From Lama guanicoe (Eukaryota): 64,000 nucleotides of DNA. The DNA lies in assembly GCA_013239625.1 (NCBI GenBank), contig MU054187.1, positions 23,374,795 through 23,438,794 of the forward strand, read 5' to 3'. Both the position numbers and the translations under genes were made by a program. Under the pieces are notes generated by a model. It was not told the DNA's origin. It made no database searches and saw only the letters and a list, made by a program, of their open reading frames with translations. Shown piece after piece: positions 50,601 through 62,795 of the stretch. Position 1 is the first letter of the stretch. Each line of letters begins with the position of its first letter.

Positions 50601-51105
50601 TCAAACCCTAGATTTTATGTAAGAGACCTATTGAGGCTGTGCATTGAAATTTGGCAACACATTGGTTAAATGAGGGTTTTGTTTCAAGCTTGCTCAAACC
50701 TGTGGCTGCAAAAGTTAAGATATTCTTAGAAAGTCTTTAATTTTCAGTAAATGCCTAAGCAAATAAAATATTAATTTGCCTTACAAATTTATTTCTTTAA
50801 ACTTTCATGTGTTATTAAAATTAATGACTTCAGCCCATGGTCTTTGATATTCCAATGTCTTTCTTAAAGATATGTAGTAGCAACTACTGGTCCTTTAAAT
50901 CCTTCCTTCAATTCTATCTTATTCCAAGCAATGTAGGTGATAATTTAATTGTAGTTTTTTGCCCCTGTGTGCCATTAGCTATCAAATATGTAGCTCCTTT
51001 AAAATAGACACATTTTCACCATTCACTGTCTAATTAGGACAGATATGTCATTTCCTGTTCCTAATCCTCCTATTCAAAACTTCTATTGCCAACAACCTCT
51101 TCAGT
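47680..51105 (-). mobile_element. Ancient ERVL internal region (gag, protease, RT, RNase H), heavily decayed
   Basis: collinear similarity to reverse ERVL-int: tttctccttccaggcaaagtg (RNase H, ~47890); ataatccatcatcattctccagaacccat and caaatctttgatgatggccctaa (RT, ~48950-49075); ggcttccatttgtcc; tgaactgattcaagtctgagaactga; aatggtaaccacacatcccttgcctct; aggtgataattt (gag 5'). Confidence 0.75.
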
Positions 51106-53164
51106 CTGTATTCTTAATTGCACGTCCAAGGAAACAATTCTAAAGAAATAGACAGCAATACGATAATAGTAACGGATTTTAATACCCCACTTACATCAAT
51201 ACATAACTCATCCAGACAAGAAGATCAAACAGGAAACATCGCCCTTAAACAACATGTTAGAGCAGATGAACTTAACAAATATAGAACATTCCATCCAAAG
51301 GCAACAGAATACACATTCTTCTCAAGTGCACATGGAACATTTTCCAAGATAGATCATATGTTAGGCTACGAAACAAATCTTAATAAATCTAAGAGAATTG
51401 AAATCATATCAGGCATCTTTTGTGAACTCAGTGGTATGAAATTAGAAGTTAATTACACTAAGAAAATTGAAAAGTTCATAAATATGTGGATGTTAAACAA
51501 CATGCTAAGGAATAATCAATGCATCAAAGAAGAAATTAAAACAGGTCAAAAATACCTTGAGACAAATGAAAATGTAAATGTAACATACCAAAATTTGTAG
51601 AATGCAGCAAAAGCAGTTCTAGGAGGGAAGTTCATACTGATAAATGCCTACTTCAAGAAACAAGAAGTCTCAAATAAACAAAGAGAGCTCAAAGTTAAAG
51701 AAGAAAGGGGATAACAAATACTAGGGCAGAAAGTGAATACGATAGAGACTAAAAAGACAATAGAAAAGATCAGTGAGAATAAGCACTGTTTCTTTGAAAA
51801 AATAAATGAAATTGGCAAACCTTTAGTTAGATTCACCAAGAAAAAAAAAGGACACAATTAATAAAATCAGAAATGAAAGAGGAGATATTCTAACTGATTA
51901 CAAGCAAGAATATTGAATCAGTAATTAAAAATATCCCAACAAAGAAAAGTCCAGGACCAGACAGCTTCACTGGTAAATTCTGCTAAACATTCAAAGAAGA
52001 ATTAATACCAATTATTTTCAAACTCTTCCAAAAGAAAACCCCAAAAAACAGGAGAGGGAGGTAACTCTTCCAAACACATTTTATGAGGCCAGCATTACCC
52101 TGATACCACAACCAGAAAAGGATGCCACTAAAAAGAAAGCTATAGGCATTTATCTCAGATGAATGTAGACATAAAAATATTCAACAAAATATTAGCAAAC
52201 TGAACTCAGCAATATATTAAACAGATCACACACCATGATGAAGTGGGATTCATTCCAGGGATGCAAAAATGATTCAACATCCACAATTCAGTCACTGTGA
52301 TATACCACATTAAGAAAATGAAGGAAAAAAATCATAAGATGACCTCAGCAGGTGCAGAAAAAAAGGATCTGACAAAATTCAACAGCTGCCTATAATAAAA
52401 AATCTCAACAAAGCAGGTATAGAGGGAATATACCTCAATATAATAAAATGGAAGGATGGAAGGGCAGAAGGAAGGGAGAAAGAAAGGGAAGAAAGGAAGG
52501 AAAAAAAAAGAAAAGACATCCAAATCAGAAAAGAAGCAAATTGTCACTATTTGCAGATGGCATGACACTGTGTATAGAAAATCCTAGAGAAACCATCAAA
52601 AAACTTAGAACTAACAAACAAATTCAGTAAAGTTGCATGATACAAAATTAATATGTAGAAATATGTTGTGTTTCTTTACACTAATAATGAACTATCAGAA
52701 AGAATTTGAGAAAACAATCCTAGTTATAAATGCATCAAAAAGAATTCAATACCTTGGTATAAATTCAACCAAGGAGATGAAAAATCTGCGCATTAAAAAC
52801 TATAAGACATTGTTGAAAGAAATTGAAGATGGCACATATAAATAGATATGCTGTGCTCATGGATTAGAAGATGTAATACTGTTAAAGTGACTATACTACC
52901 TAAAGCAATATATGAATTCAATGCAATCTTACCAAAACCTTTTTCTATCCTCATATCTGCTACTCTCAGAACCACAGACACTTCCCAGAGCTTAGGGAGG
53001 TTGTTTGTTTTTAGAGATTTTTATGTTGGAAAGTGAAAGACATGAGTGAGATCAAATATGTGGTATATTTTGTGGTGTGCCTGAGATGGAATTCTAAAGT
53101 TTGGGGGTAGAACATTAGGGAAAAGCCAAATCCATGTTCCCTGTTCTTTCAAACAAGAGGTATT

Positions 53165-53640
53165 TGGTTTAATTCATTTGTCAGATATTCATCGAGCATC
53201 TGCTACCTGCCACATGTGATGAATGCTAAACTCTTAGGGTTAAATAAGACACTGATCATGCCTTTGCAAATTTATGCAGATGTGAATGAATTGACAGGTG
53301 CAGAGACAATCATAATACAAGGAAGAACATGGAAATTCCATGAGAGAGAAGGGAGTCCTGGGGACATTCATAGTAGGGAGTTTAGCTGAATGAAGGTATG
53401 AGGCGTTCCCTTCACAAAGGGACATTCAGAGATGGACAGAGCACACCAAGTGGAATTTTGATAGACTTTGCAGAGAGATGTTACATAGAGGGAGAGAAAG
53501 TTCTAAAGCCACTTCCTGGGAAAGACAGTGGGGGCATGTTCAGGAGAATGTGAATGATCTGGTTTTGTTTCCAGTGAAGGTCTGTCCTGGGACATCCTGA
53601 GAGGGAACCTAGAAGGATCAGCTGACAGCTTGGGGACCAC
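53165..53640 (-). mobile_element. L2 3' portion inside the block that interrupts the L1
   Basis: attcatttgtcagatattcatcgagcatctgctacctgcca...taaataagacac...gggcatgttcaggagaatgtga. Confidence 0.7.
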
Positions 53641-54340
53641 ATCAGAAATAGAATGAACAATCCTACAATTAGTATGAAACTACAAAGGACCTAAATAGCC
53701 AAAGCAATTTTGGGCAAAAAGAACAAAGTTGGCATCATTATGCTTCCTGATTTCAAACTATACATTCAAAGCTATAATAATCAAAACAGTATGGTATTAC
53801 TTTTTTAAAAAGACACAAAAGTCAATGGAACAGAATAGAGAACCCAGAAATAAGCCCATGGGTATATAGTGAATTAAAATGACAAAGAATATACAATGGG
53901 GAAAAGACAGTTTTTTCAATAAATGGTGCTGGGAAAATTAGATAGCTACCTACAAAAGAATGAAATTTGAGCACTATCTTACACTGTGCGCAAAAATTAA
54001 CAAAATGAGCTAAAGACTTGAATGTAAAATCTGAAACCATAAAACTTCTAGTAGAAAACATAAGTGGTCAACTTCTTGACATAGGTCTTGGTGATACATT
54101 TTGGAATCTGACACCAGAAGGAAAAGAAACAAAAGCGAAAATAAACAAGTAGGACTACATTAAACTAAAAAGCTTCTGCACAAAAAAGGAAACCATCAAA
54201 AAGATGAAAAGACAACCTACTGAATGGGAGAAAATGATTGCAAATCACATATTTGATAACAGGCTAATATCCAAAATATAGAAAGAATTCAAATGATTCA
54301 ACAGCAGAAAAACAATCTAATTTAAAAGTGGGTGAAAGAT

Positions 54341-55688
54341 GCATGTAAATCGATGAAACTAGAACCCTCTCTCACACCCTACATAAAAATAAACTTGAAA
54401 TGGCTTAGAGTTAAACAAAACGGCTTAGAGTTAAGACAAGACACCGTAACACCATAGAAGAGAACATAGGCAAAGCATTCTCTGATATAGCAATGTCCTC
54501 CTAGGGCAGTCTACCCCGGCGATGGGAATAAGAGCAAAAATAAACAAATAGGACCTAATTAAACTTACAGACTTTTGCAACAAAGGAAACCGTAAATAAA
54601 ATAGAGACAACCTGTGGAAAGGAAGAAAATATTTGCAACCTATGTGACTGACAAAGGCTTAATCTCCAGAATATATAAACTGCTCCTACAACTCAATAAC
54701 TAAAACCAAACCAACCAATCCAAAAATGGGAAGAAGACCTAAGCAAATATTTCTCCAATGAAGATATACAAGTGTCCAACAGGCACATGAAAAAATGCTC
54801 AATATCGCTAATTATCAGAGAAATGGAAATCAAAATGGCAATGAGGCATCACCTCACACCAGTCAGAATGGCCATCATTAAAAATCCACAAATGATAAAT
54901 GCTGGAGAGGGTGTGGAGAAAAGAAACGTTTCCACACTGCTGGTGGGAATGCAGTTTGGTGCAGCTATTTTGGAAAACAGTATGGAGATTCCTTAAAAAA
55001 CTGAAAATAGACTTATCCTGTGATCGTGCAATCTCACTCCTGGGCATAAATCTGGAGGAAACTCTAATTTGAAAAGATACATGTACCCCAATGTTCATAG
55101 CAGCACTATTTACAATAGCCAAGACATGGAAGCAACATAAATGTCCATCAACAAATGACTGGATAAAGAAATTGTGGCATATTTATACAATGGAATACTA
55201 CTCTGCCATAACAAAGGAATAAATAATGCCATTTGCAGCAACATGGATGGACCTGGAGATTGTCATGCTAAGTGAAATAAGCTGAAAAGAGAAAGAACAA
55301 TACCATATGATATCACTTATATGTGGAATCTAAAAAGAAGGAGGAAAAAAAGGACACCAATGAACTTATTTACAAAACAAAGACAGACTCAAAGACATAG
55401 AAAACAAACTTATCGTTACCAGAGGGAAAAGGGGGTGGGGAGGATTAGATTGAAAGCTTGAGACTCGTAGATACTAACTATTATATATAAAATAGGTAAA
55501 CAACAAGGTCTTACTGTACAGCACAGGGAACTATATTCAATATCTTGTAATGGCCTATAAAGAAAAAGAATATGAAAAGGAATATATGTGCATATATATA
55601 TATATATTTTTATATATAAAATATATGAATCACTATGCTGCACACCAGAAATGAACACATTGTAAACTGACTATACTTCAATTAAGAA
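54341..55688 (+). mobile_element. Younger artiodactyl/camelid L1 nested in the older L1
   Basis: restarts upstream in ORF2; own 3'UTR cagcacagggaactatattcaatatcttgtaa...aaactgactatacttcaatt; TSD aaaagtgggtgaaagat (54324-54340) / aaaaatgggcaaaagat (55689-55705). Confidence 0.92.
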
Positions 55689-56539
55689 AAAAATGGGCAA
55701 AAGATCTGAATAGACATTTTTCTAAAGAAGACATAAAAGATGGCCAACAGACACATGAAAAGATCATTAATATTAGGGAAATACAAATCAAAACCACAGT
55801 GAGATATCACCTCACAACTGTTAGAATGGCTACTATCAAAAAGACAAGAAATAACAAGTGTTGGTGAGGATGTAGAGAAGAGAGGACTTTTCTCACGCAC
55901 TGTTGGTTGCAATGCAAGTCGGTACAGCCGCTATGGAAGGCAGGATGAAAGTTCCTCAACGAATTAAAAATAGAACAACTGTAAGACCCAGGAATTCCAC
56001 TTCTGGGCATTTATTTGAAGAAAATGAAAAGACTAATTCTACACGACATATGCATTTTCATGTTCATTGCAGCGGTATTTACAAGATATGGATACAACCT
56101 AAGTGTCGATCGATGGGAAAATGGATGAAGAAATATTATTTGACTGTAAAACAAGAAAGAAATCTTGCCATTTGCAACAACATGGACAGATCTTGAGGGC
56201 TTTATGCTAAAGGAAATTAGTCAAACAGAGAAAGATTAGTATTGTGTGATCTTTCTTATATTATGTGGAACCTATAAAAAAACAAATGAAAACAAAAAAC
56301 TAAACACAGAAAACAAATTCATAGATATAATAGAGAAAAGACTGATGGTTGCAAGAGACTGGGAGTCAGGGTGTGGAAGAAATGGGTGAACTTTTTTGTT
56401 TTGTTCTAGTTTAAATAAATGAAATAAAAAAACCAAAAAAAACTCCAATTGACTTTAGCCAAAAACAAATGCCTGAAAGTGGTGGAAAGTAGTTTACGGA
56501 ATGACCAGGTAGGTGGGCAAAACAGATTTAGAGGCATCA

Positions 56540-56860
56540 AATCCCTTCGTGATTCTAGCCCTTGTCTATATCTTTGAACTGATCTCAAATAGCTCTTCTT
56601 CTTGCACATTGGGCTCTGGTTCTAGAAAACCTCATCTCCATATCCTTTCTCACACTTACATATTTTTCTATAAGCTGTATGTACCTTTGCCTCAAATGTG
56701 ACTTTCCTTCTGTTTACCAGCTAACCTTCCACTTTTTTTTTTTAATGCATTACCTTCTTTATAAAGTTTTCCTTGAAAATCCCAAGTAGGGTTAGCATCT
56801 GGATTCTCTCAAGGTCTGGTTGCACCTATAATATTACAATATACTATTTCTCATATTTAT
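56540..56860 (+). mobile_element. Degraded L2 fragment
   Basis: aatgcattaccttctttataaagttttccttgaaaatcccaagtagggttag. Confidence 0.45.
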
Positions 56861-57719
56861 ATCTTTACTTCATGGTATGTTGCACTGTGCTATCCATCTT
56901 ATGTTATATAATGTAATTTACTAATTACAATAAAATATAAAAATGTAAACAAATTTGACTCCCCTACTTTAGTGCACATATCCTATCCCCCATTAATATT
57001 AATATTAAGTATTATTAAATTTAATGTTGAAATATTAAAATTTTAAATATTATAATGTAGCAAAGATTCAATTAATATCAAATGAACCAATAAACTAATA
57101 ATATATTTCTGAAAAGAGTAATTTGTAATTTCACTGTAACGCCATTAAATTGCCATATAACAAGTTAATGTTACAAGTATTTCTTTAAATTGTATAAAAA
57201 GTTCTCTATCAGTTCTTAAATCTAAGCTGTTTCTTAAGGATTCTCACTTTCTCGTAGGGCAGATGCCCTAGAGCTGGTTAACTTCCTGTTCCAATTTAAT
57301 TTTACTGTCTGTTGCTGACCGCAGTGACCCTTCCTCTGAAGAATATTTTTCACACTAAATAAAACTGAGAGACCTATCTTTCCTAGGCTGTCATCATCCA
57401 AAAACATTTGACCAAGTGTCTCTCTAAGGGACATGTCAAATGCCTTTGAAAAGCAAGTTTTCAAGCTTTACATGACTCCCCTTTCTCTCTGCCCAGTGAG
57501 GGATCACAGATGCTGTAAATAAGGGTGGAGAGTGTAAGGAGGATCAAAGATAAAGGAGGGATATGCTGGGAACTGGGTGAAAAGAAAATCCCTGACCAAA
57601 GGAACATGATTACTGCCCAGTGGCAGAGGCAAAGCACCTGGAGTTACGGTCAGAGCATCCTTATGTCCAGGAAAATTGTGGACATGTTGACCATAGATTG
57701 ATTTTTGTGCTTCAATTTC

Positions 57720-60350
57720 AACTTTCTATTATTGAATTAATACAGTTACATCATGTAAAACAGAAGATGCTAGAATGACACTATAACACAAAGTAACTAT
57801 CCCAAGCCGTGCCCCCCATTCCCATAGTCCTCCTCCCCGAAATGTCTTGGTATTTGGGGCTGCTGCTTTTTATTCCTGGAATTGAATACCTCAGTGGTCC
57901 TCAGTAATGTAAGTGCACCTTTATCTTCAAATCAATCCATTTTATACATCATCTTTTGAGTTCCTGCAATGTTAGATAAAGATTAAGCTGTATTCCTGTG
58001 TCATTTCCTCTGCTGCCCATCCCCCACCCTCTAAATATATTTTATTACAATTTTTGGTTAAAGAAAAAAATCAATTTTTACATTATTAGGCTTAGAGCTC
58101 TTCAGAACTGAGCACTGAATTGGACATTTTTAATTATTAAAAAAAGTTTTTTCTTAAATTAATTGCCTTGTTTTACACTTGCTCCATGTTTATTCGCTCT
58201 ATTGCTAATTCTCTCTACAACTTCCAAAAACCTTTAGCTACAATTATCTGCAAGATCAATCCCATCATGTAATCTATTGGTTTCACTTTGTGTTTATGTG
58301 TGAATTTAACTACATATACATATATACATGTGTGTGTTTCGTGTATACGTATAGTTCTACCCCTGCCAAATACATATACCTAGGAGAGTCATCCATTCCC
58401 TTTCAATTTGGATCATCTGCTTTCTAGGCCCATTATATTAGGATTTATCGTTGCTGTTATTGTAGGAAATTTCTTTGAATTTCTCAACAGTTAGAGAAAT
58501 CCAAATTCTGTTCCTCAGATCCTATGTCTTCGTATTTTCTTCACTTACGTTCTTGTTTTGATGGAGCACATCCTGCAGCAGCATCATAGGTTTAAAAAGT
58601 TGGCACAACAACAAAAATCATGAGCATGAAAGTCTTCAACGTGTTGGTCTCCTGGTCTCGCTGCTCCAGTCTGAACTGCTCATCTTTTACTCCCGGTGCA
58701 CCTTTGTAATATTGAAAGTGGATAAACTCTTCACTTCTTTCTTCCTCTAGTTAGAACTCCTGTCTTTTCTGAATTCAGCGTCTCTTTCTTGGATTTCTCA
58801 CCGTGTAGTGAAGCATATCCTCCAGCTGAGAAGTGGAACATGCAAAGACTTTTTTTTGAGACATTTCCTAACTTTAGTCTATCCAGCATTTAACGACTAT
58901 CTGTTTGTATATAAAATGCTATATTGAAAAATTTTATTCAGAGTTTTGAAGACATTACTCTATGATCTTCAAGTTTTCTGTGTTCCTTGAGAAAAATCTG
59001 AGGCCATCCTAATTCTTTGCGCTTTGTAGGTGAATTTCCCACTCAGTCTCTGAAAGCTTGTAGAGTCTTCTTTGTGCCTCAGGCTTTGAATTTTCGCAGT
59101 GATTCACCTTTTTCTATGTCTGTTTTCATCCATGACACTGGGCATCTTTAGGCTCTTTAAGTCTGGAAACTCTTGTGTTTTAAATTCGTAATTTACTGAA
59201 TTTTATGATGACCATTTCTCTCCTGTTTCTCTGTTTTTTTCCCCTGGAACTCCAGTTTTATGAATATTGGAGTTTCTGGACTTGGGGTTCTGTTCTTTAA
59301 TTTTGTGATCTTTTGTGTCAGTGATTTTTTTCGTATCTTTTTCATATTGTTTTATTCTCTAAGAGATTTAACTTTGTTTTCTAGCCTATTGAGTTTTTGA
59401 TTCCTGTCACATTTTTAATTCCCCAGTGAAAGATTAAAACTTTTTGTTTTCTTTTGAGGGCTAGAAAAGATCATTTTTAAAGGTTTTATTTTCCTCCCTA
59501 CATAATCTGTTTCCTTCCTGATTATTAATTTTGTTTGTTTGTTTGTTTATTTTGGTCACTAGCTTTCTGTTTCAACTTTTTGTTCGATGCCTAGACATCT
59601 TTGGTTTTCTGATCCTGTTTAACAGGGGAAAACAAAAGCTGATAGGAAACACTGACTGCACCAGTGGGACCTGTCAGTATGAGATTTATTAGACGAAACC
59701 TTGATTACAGATTTTATTGGCTTTCCTCTTGGGTTGGTCAGATTCACCAGAGAAGAGTGTTCCATGTTCTTACCTAAAGAAAACAAGAACAGTATCTTCC
59801 CCCTGAACCAGCTGCTGATATTCCGGTGGTGAAACCGATCAAGCCTGGGAGGTCTCCACGTTAATATTCAAAATGGAGACACTCAATCAACCCCCTGATT
59901 TTGATACCAAAAAATGCCATTCCCCAGTTCAAACACTGTCTTCCATTACCCTCTCTGCAGAATAAACCTTGAGTTTTGGGCTAGGGAAAGAAAGAGCAGT
60001 TGTCCAAAGCTGGGGGGGGGCACTTAATGTATGTATCTGATTCCTGTGAACGATGTTTAATCCTTCTTAATTTTGTCAACTCCATGCACCCCGTTTTCAC
60101 AGGCACTTGTTGCTTTCACTCCCCGAGACTTCAGCCCACTATGTGATGTATTTGGGCTTGTTCTCTGATTGCCCCTGCCAGTTTATAATTTGGTTTCCTT
60201 GGGTCTGCTAGGCCAGTGACCAGATGTCCCCTTGCTTCCAGCTTCCCAAATGCTGCTAATGTCTTCTCTTTTGTATTCCTTTTTCCTAAATCTTTGAAAA
60301 GAAATTAAAAGAAAAAATCAATTTTCTATAGTCTTGGTAGGACTTTGGAG
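57720..60350 (-). mobile_element. HAL1 (half-L1, ORF1-only LINE), near full length
   Basis: ttttgatggagcacatcctgcagcagc; cagagttttgaagacattactctatgatcttc; aaatctgaggccatcctaattc; gtctggaaactcttgtg; ggtcagattcaccagagaaga; ctctgcagaataaacct. Confidence 0.8.
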
Positions 60351-61204
60351 GGAATGAAATTATATGCCGTCACTGGACCTGAAAGTGCAGAGGTGGCTTT
60401 GAGACACACGTCACACGCCAGGTAAAGTCGTTAAAGAGTTCTACTGCAAATGTAGAGGCCTGATAGTAACTGTTCTAAGCAACAAATACATTTGAAAAAG
60501 AACTGTGTCTTTCCCTGTCTTTGAACTATTTATGTATGTCCTCTTTTCTGACCTTGACTGAGCTCTTTCCTTTTTGAATCTGTGTCACCAATCTCTTACT
60601 TACCTCTCAGATTGAACACTCTGTTGACATCCTTCCCGCAAAGCCAGCAATAGCCCAGCGAGAATCTGGACTGCATTTCCCTCTGAAGAGGCAAGATGGC
60701 TCTTCTTTACAAGTCCTTTTCTGATTTCTCATCATGAAGGGAGCGTGCCCTACCACTTCACAGTAAGAAAGCAAATAATTGTATCTTTCAAGTCTATGCC
60801 CACATTTGAGAAAGTAGGATTTGATTTTTTGAATATTTTAAATTCTGGAAACGGCTGCACACTGGTGCCTCCGAAAAACAGGCATTCTGACTTAGCTCAG
60901 CTACTTTTGCTGAAGAATTCTTTCTGGCTTAGAAGGTGATTATTAAAAGTAAAAGATGGACATGTTAGAAAAAAAAAGATGAGCCTAAACTTGAGGCATT
61001 TGTTGATTTAATGAGAAATATTTAAAAAGCTTTGAAACAAAGTAAGTCTTGGAGAGCATCAGGGTTTACTGCTAAAATTATTGTATCTTAGAAACAAAGG
61101 CTTTTAAATATCTTTATTCATAAGACTCCTAGAATATGGGTTTGAGAATGCATAACAAAGTGAAGTAAAACTTCTGGAATGTCAATTACAGTGAAAAAAT
61201 ACAA

Positions 61205-62330
61205 TTTGATTTAGTGCAACAACTATTTCTGGAGCTCCTTAACTCAAAGCGCTGCATCTAATGCTGCAGGAGGGGAAAAAAACACACCACCACCACCAAG
61301 AAAACAGTCTTCAGGAGCTTAGACAATGACAAGAAATAATAAAAACAAGTTCACAAAAAATTATAGGTATGTCTAGAAAGTTTTTACAGGAGTAGGACCT
61401 TATAACATTATTAAAACTGGGAGACCTTTGAAAAGAAAGGGGGTGGGGAAGGGACAGTCACTATCTCAACGGGATCATCCTGAACCAAACCAGATGCAAA
61501 GAGATAATACGAGGTTTTAGGGCTGGGGGGTGTTATGTCTTTGGTGAGGTCAGGAAAGATAAAGCAGGGAAAGGTGGAATTCGAAGTGGAGAGAACGGCA
61601 TGAGCCAAACGATGGCTGAGGGATGGCAAGTCTTTGGGTGGTTTCAGGTCTAAAAATACACACTGGTGAAACAACTTGAAAGTCAAGTTAAATATAGATG
61701 TTACAGGGTCTGCATCTAAAATCTTTGTTTCTAATAGAGGAATGACACAATTTTATTTTTGTTTTTGTGTTTTGTTTGATAAGATACAACCTCTAATTTG
61801 AGAAGATGGTTCTGCCGAGAATATGTAGATAAGCTGGAAAAGAGAAAATGAATTAGGCCAGGCGTTTGAGAAGGGAAGAACTAATGGATCCCGAATAGGA
61901 CGAGAATGTCAAGGAGAAATCAGATGCCAAATAATACTGCAGAAGTTGGTGTGATAGATGCGACCAGTGTCTAAGGTTGGGGTGGGGCTTGGGAAGCAAG
62001 GGGATAAGGAGAAGGCCAGAGTACCTGATGAGTTCAGGGACAGGTAACCAAGAAAGTTTAGTACCACTGAGAAATTAGATAATTCAGGATGAAGCAGGTG
62101 TATTTTGATGGGAGAAAAAGAATGGTGATGAGTTTTGCAAGTTAGTAGTGTGACTGGGAAACTAAAGAAAAAGCCAGATTAATTTGTCCAGCAAGTGAGT
62201 GGAAATTATGAATCTGGATTTCATGAGATATCACACTTAGAAAGCTAAAGCCATGCTTGTGAATAAGGGACCAGGATAGAATGTAGAATAAAGGAGATTA
62301 AGAATATATAGGAGAACTTATGTAAACTCA
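61205..62330 (-). mobile_element. Degraded L2 (L2c-like)
   Basis: caacaactatttctggagctcc...tcttcaggagcttagac...ggagagaacggcatgagccaa...ttgtccagcaagtgagtggaaattatgaatctgga. Confidence 0.6.
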
Positions 62331-62729
62331 CAAGAATTAGTTTAAAAAATTAGATATGGTCAGGGAAGAAACCCTCTAAACTCTAATGTCTGGAAGCCAA
62401 CATTTTACTGAGGGCTGTGACCTGGGTACCGCGTCAGGCTCTGGGTATGGAAGACGAATGAGAAATAAATAGGTCCTCCCCTCAAGGAGCTGTCTAGCAA
62501 AGGAATTAATGGCAGAGGAAGTACTGGTATTAAACACCGTTAAGAAGCCAAGTAAGATAGAAAATTTAAAAGACCAGATAAAGTATTAAATATATCATCT
62601 ACACAGAAGAAATAAGTCAAGTGGCGTGGTGAGCAGTGCCACCACGGTATCAGAAATAAGGAACTGTGAGTTAGGAAGATGTGAAAAAAGTGAATTATAA
62701 ATTTTTCTTTCAAGGAATAGAGCAATTAA

Positions 62730-62795
62730 GGGGGAGAGAGAGGGAGCGAGAGAGAGAAGGCAGAGGAGAGGAGGTGGAGGAGAAGAAAGGGAGAA
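62730..62795. repeat. GA-rich low-complexity tract
   Basis: gggagagagagggagcgagagagagaaggcagaggagaggagg. Confidence 0.8.

Larger units (their letters stand above)
51143..56440 (+). mobile_element. L1 (L1MA-like) from ORF2 endonuclease to polyA, interrupted twice
   Basis: EIDSNTIIVTDFNTPL...YTFFSSAHGTFSKIDHMLG (EN), LSLFADGM (decayed FADD), ILPKAIYEFNAI; resumes at ~53643 and 55689; short 3'UTR ending tagtttaaataaatgaaataaaaaaa. Confidence 0.95.

Noticed and set aside
51118..51600. 160-aa ORF as a functional endonuclease
   Set aside because: Partial L1 ORF2 EN domain with frameshift-scrambled sequence, no true start, and stops downstream.
52941..52975. Continuation of the ERVL leader after the L1
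   Set aside because: Similarity is weak, and the ERVL internal region appears to end already at ~51105.
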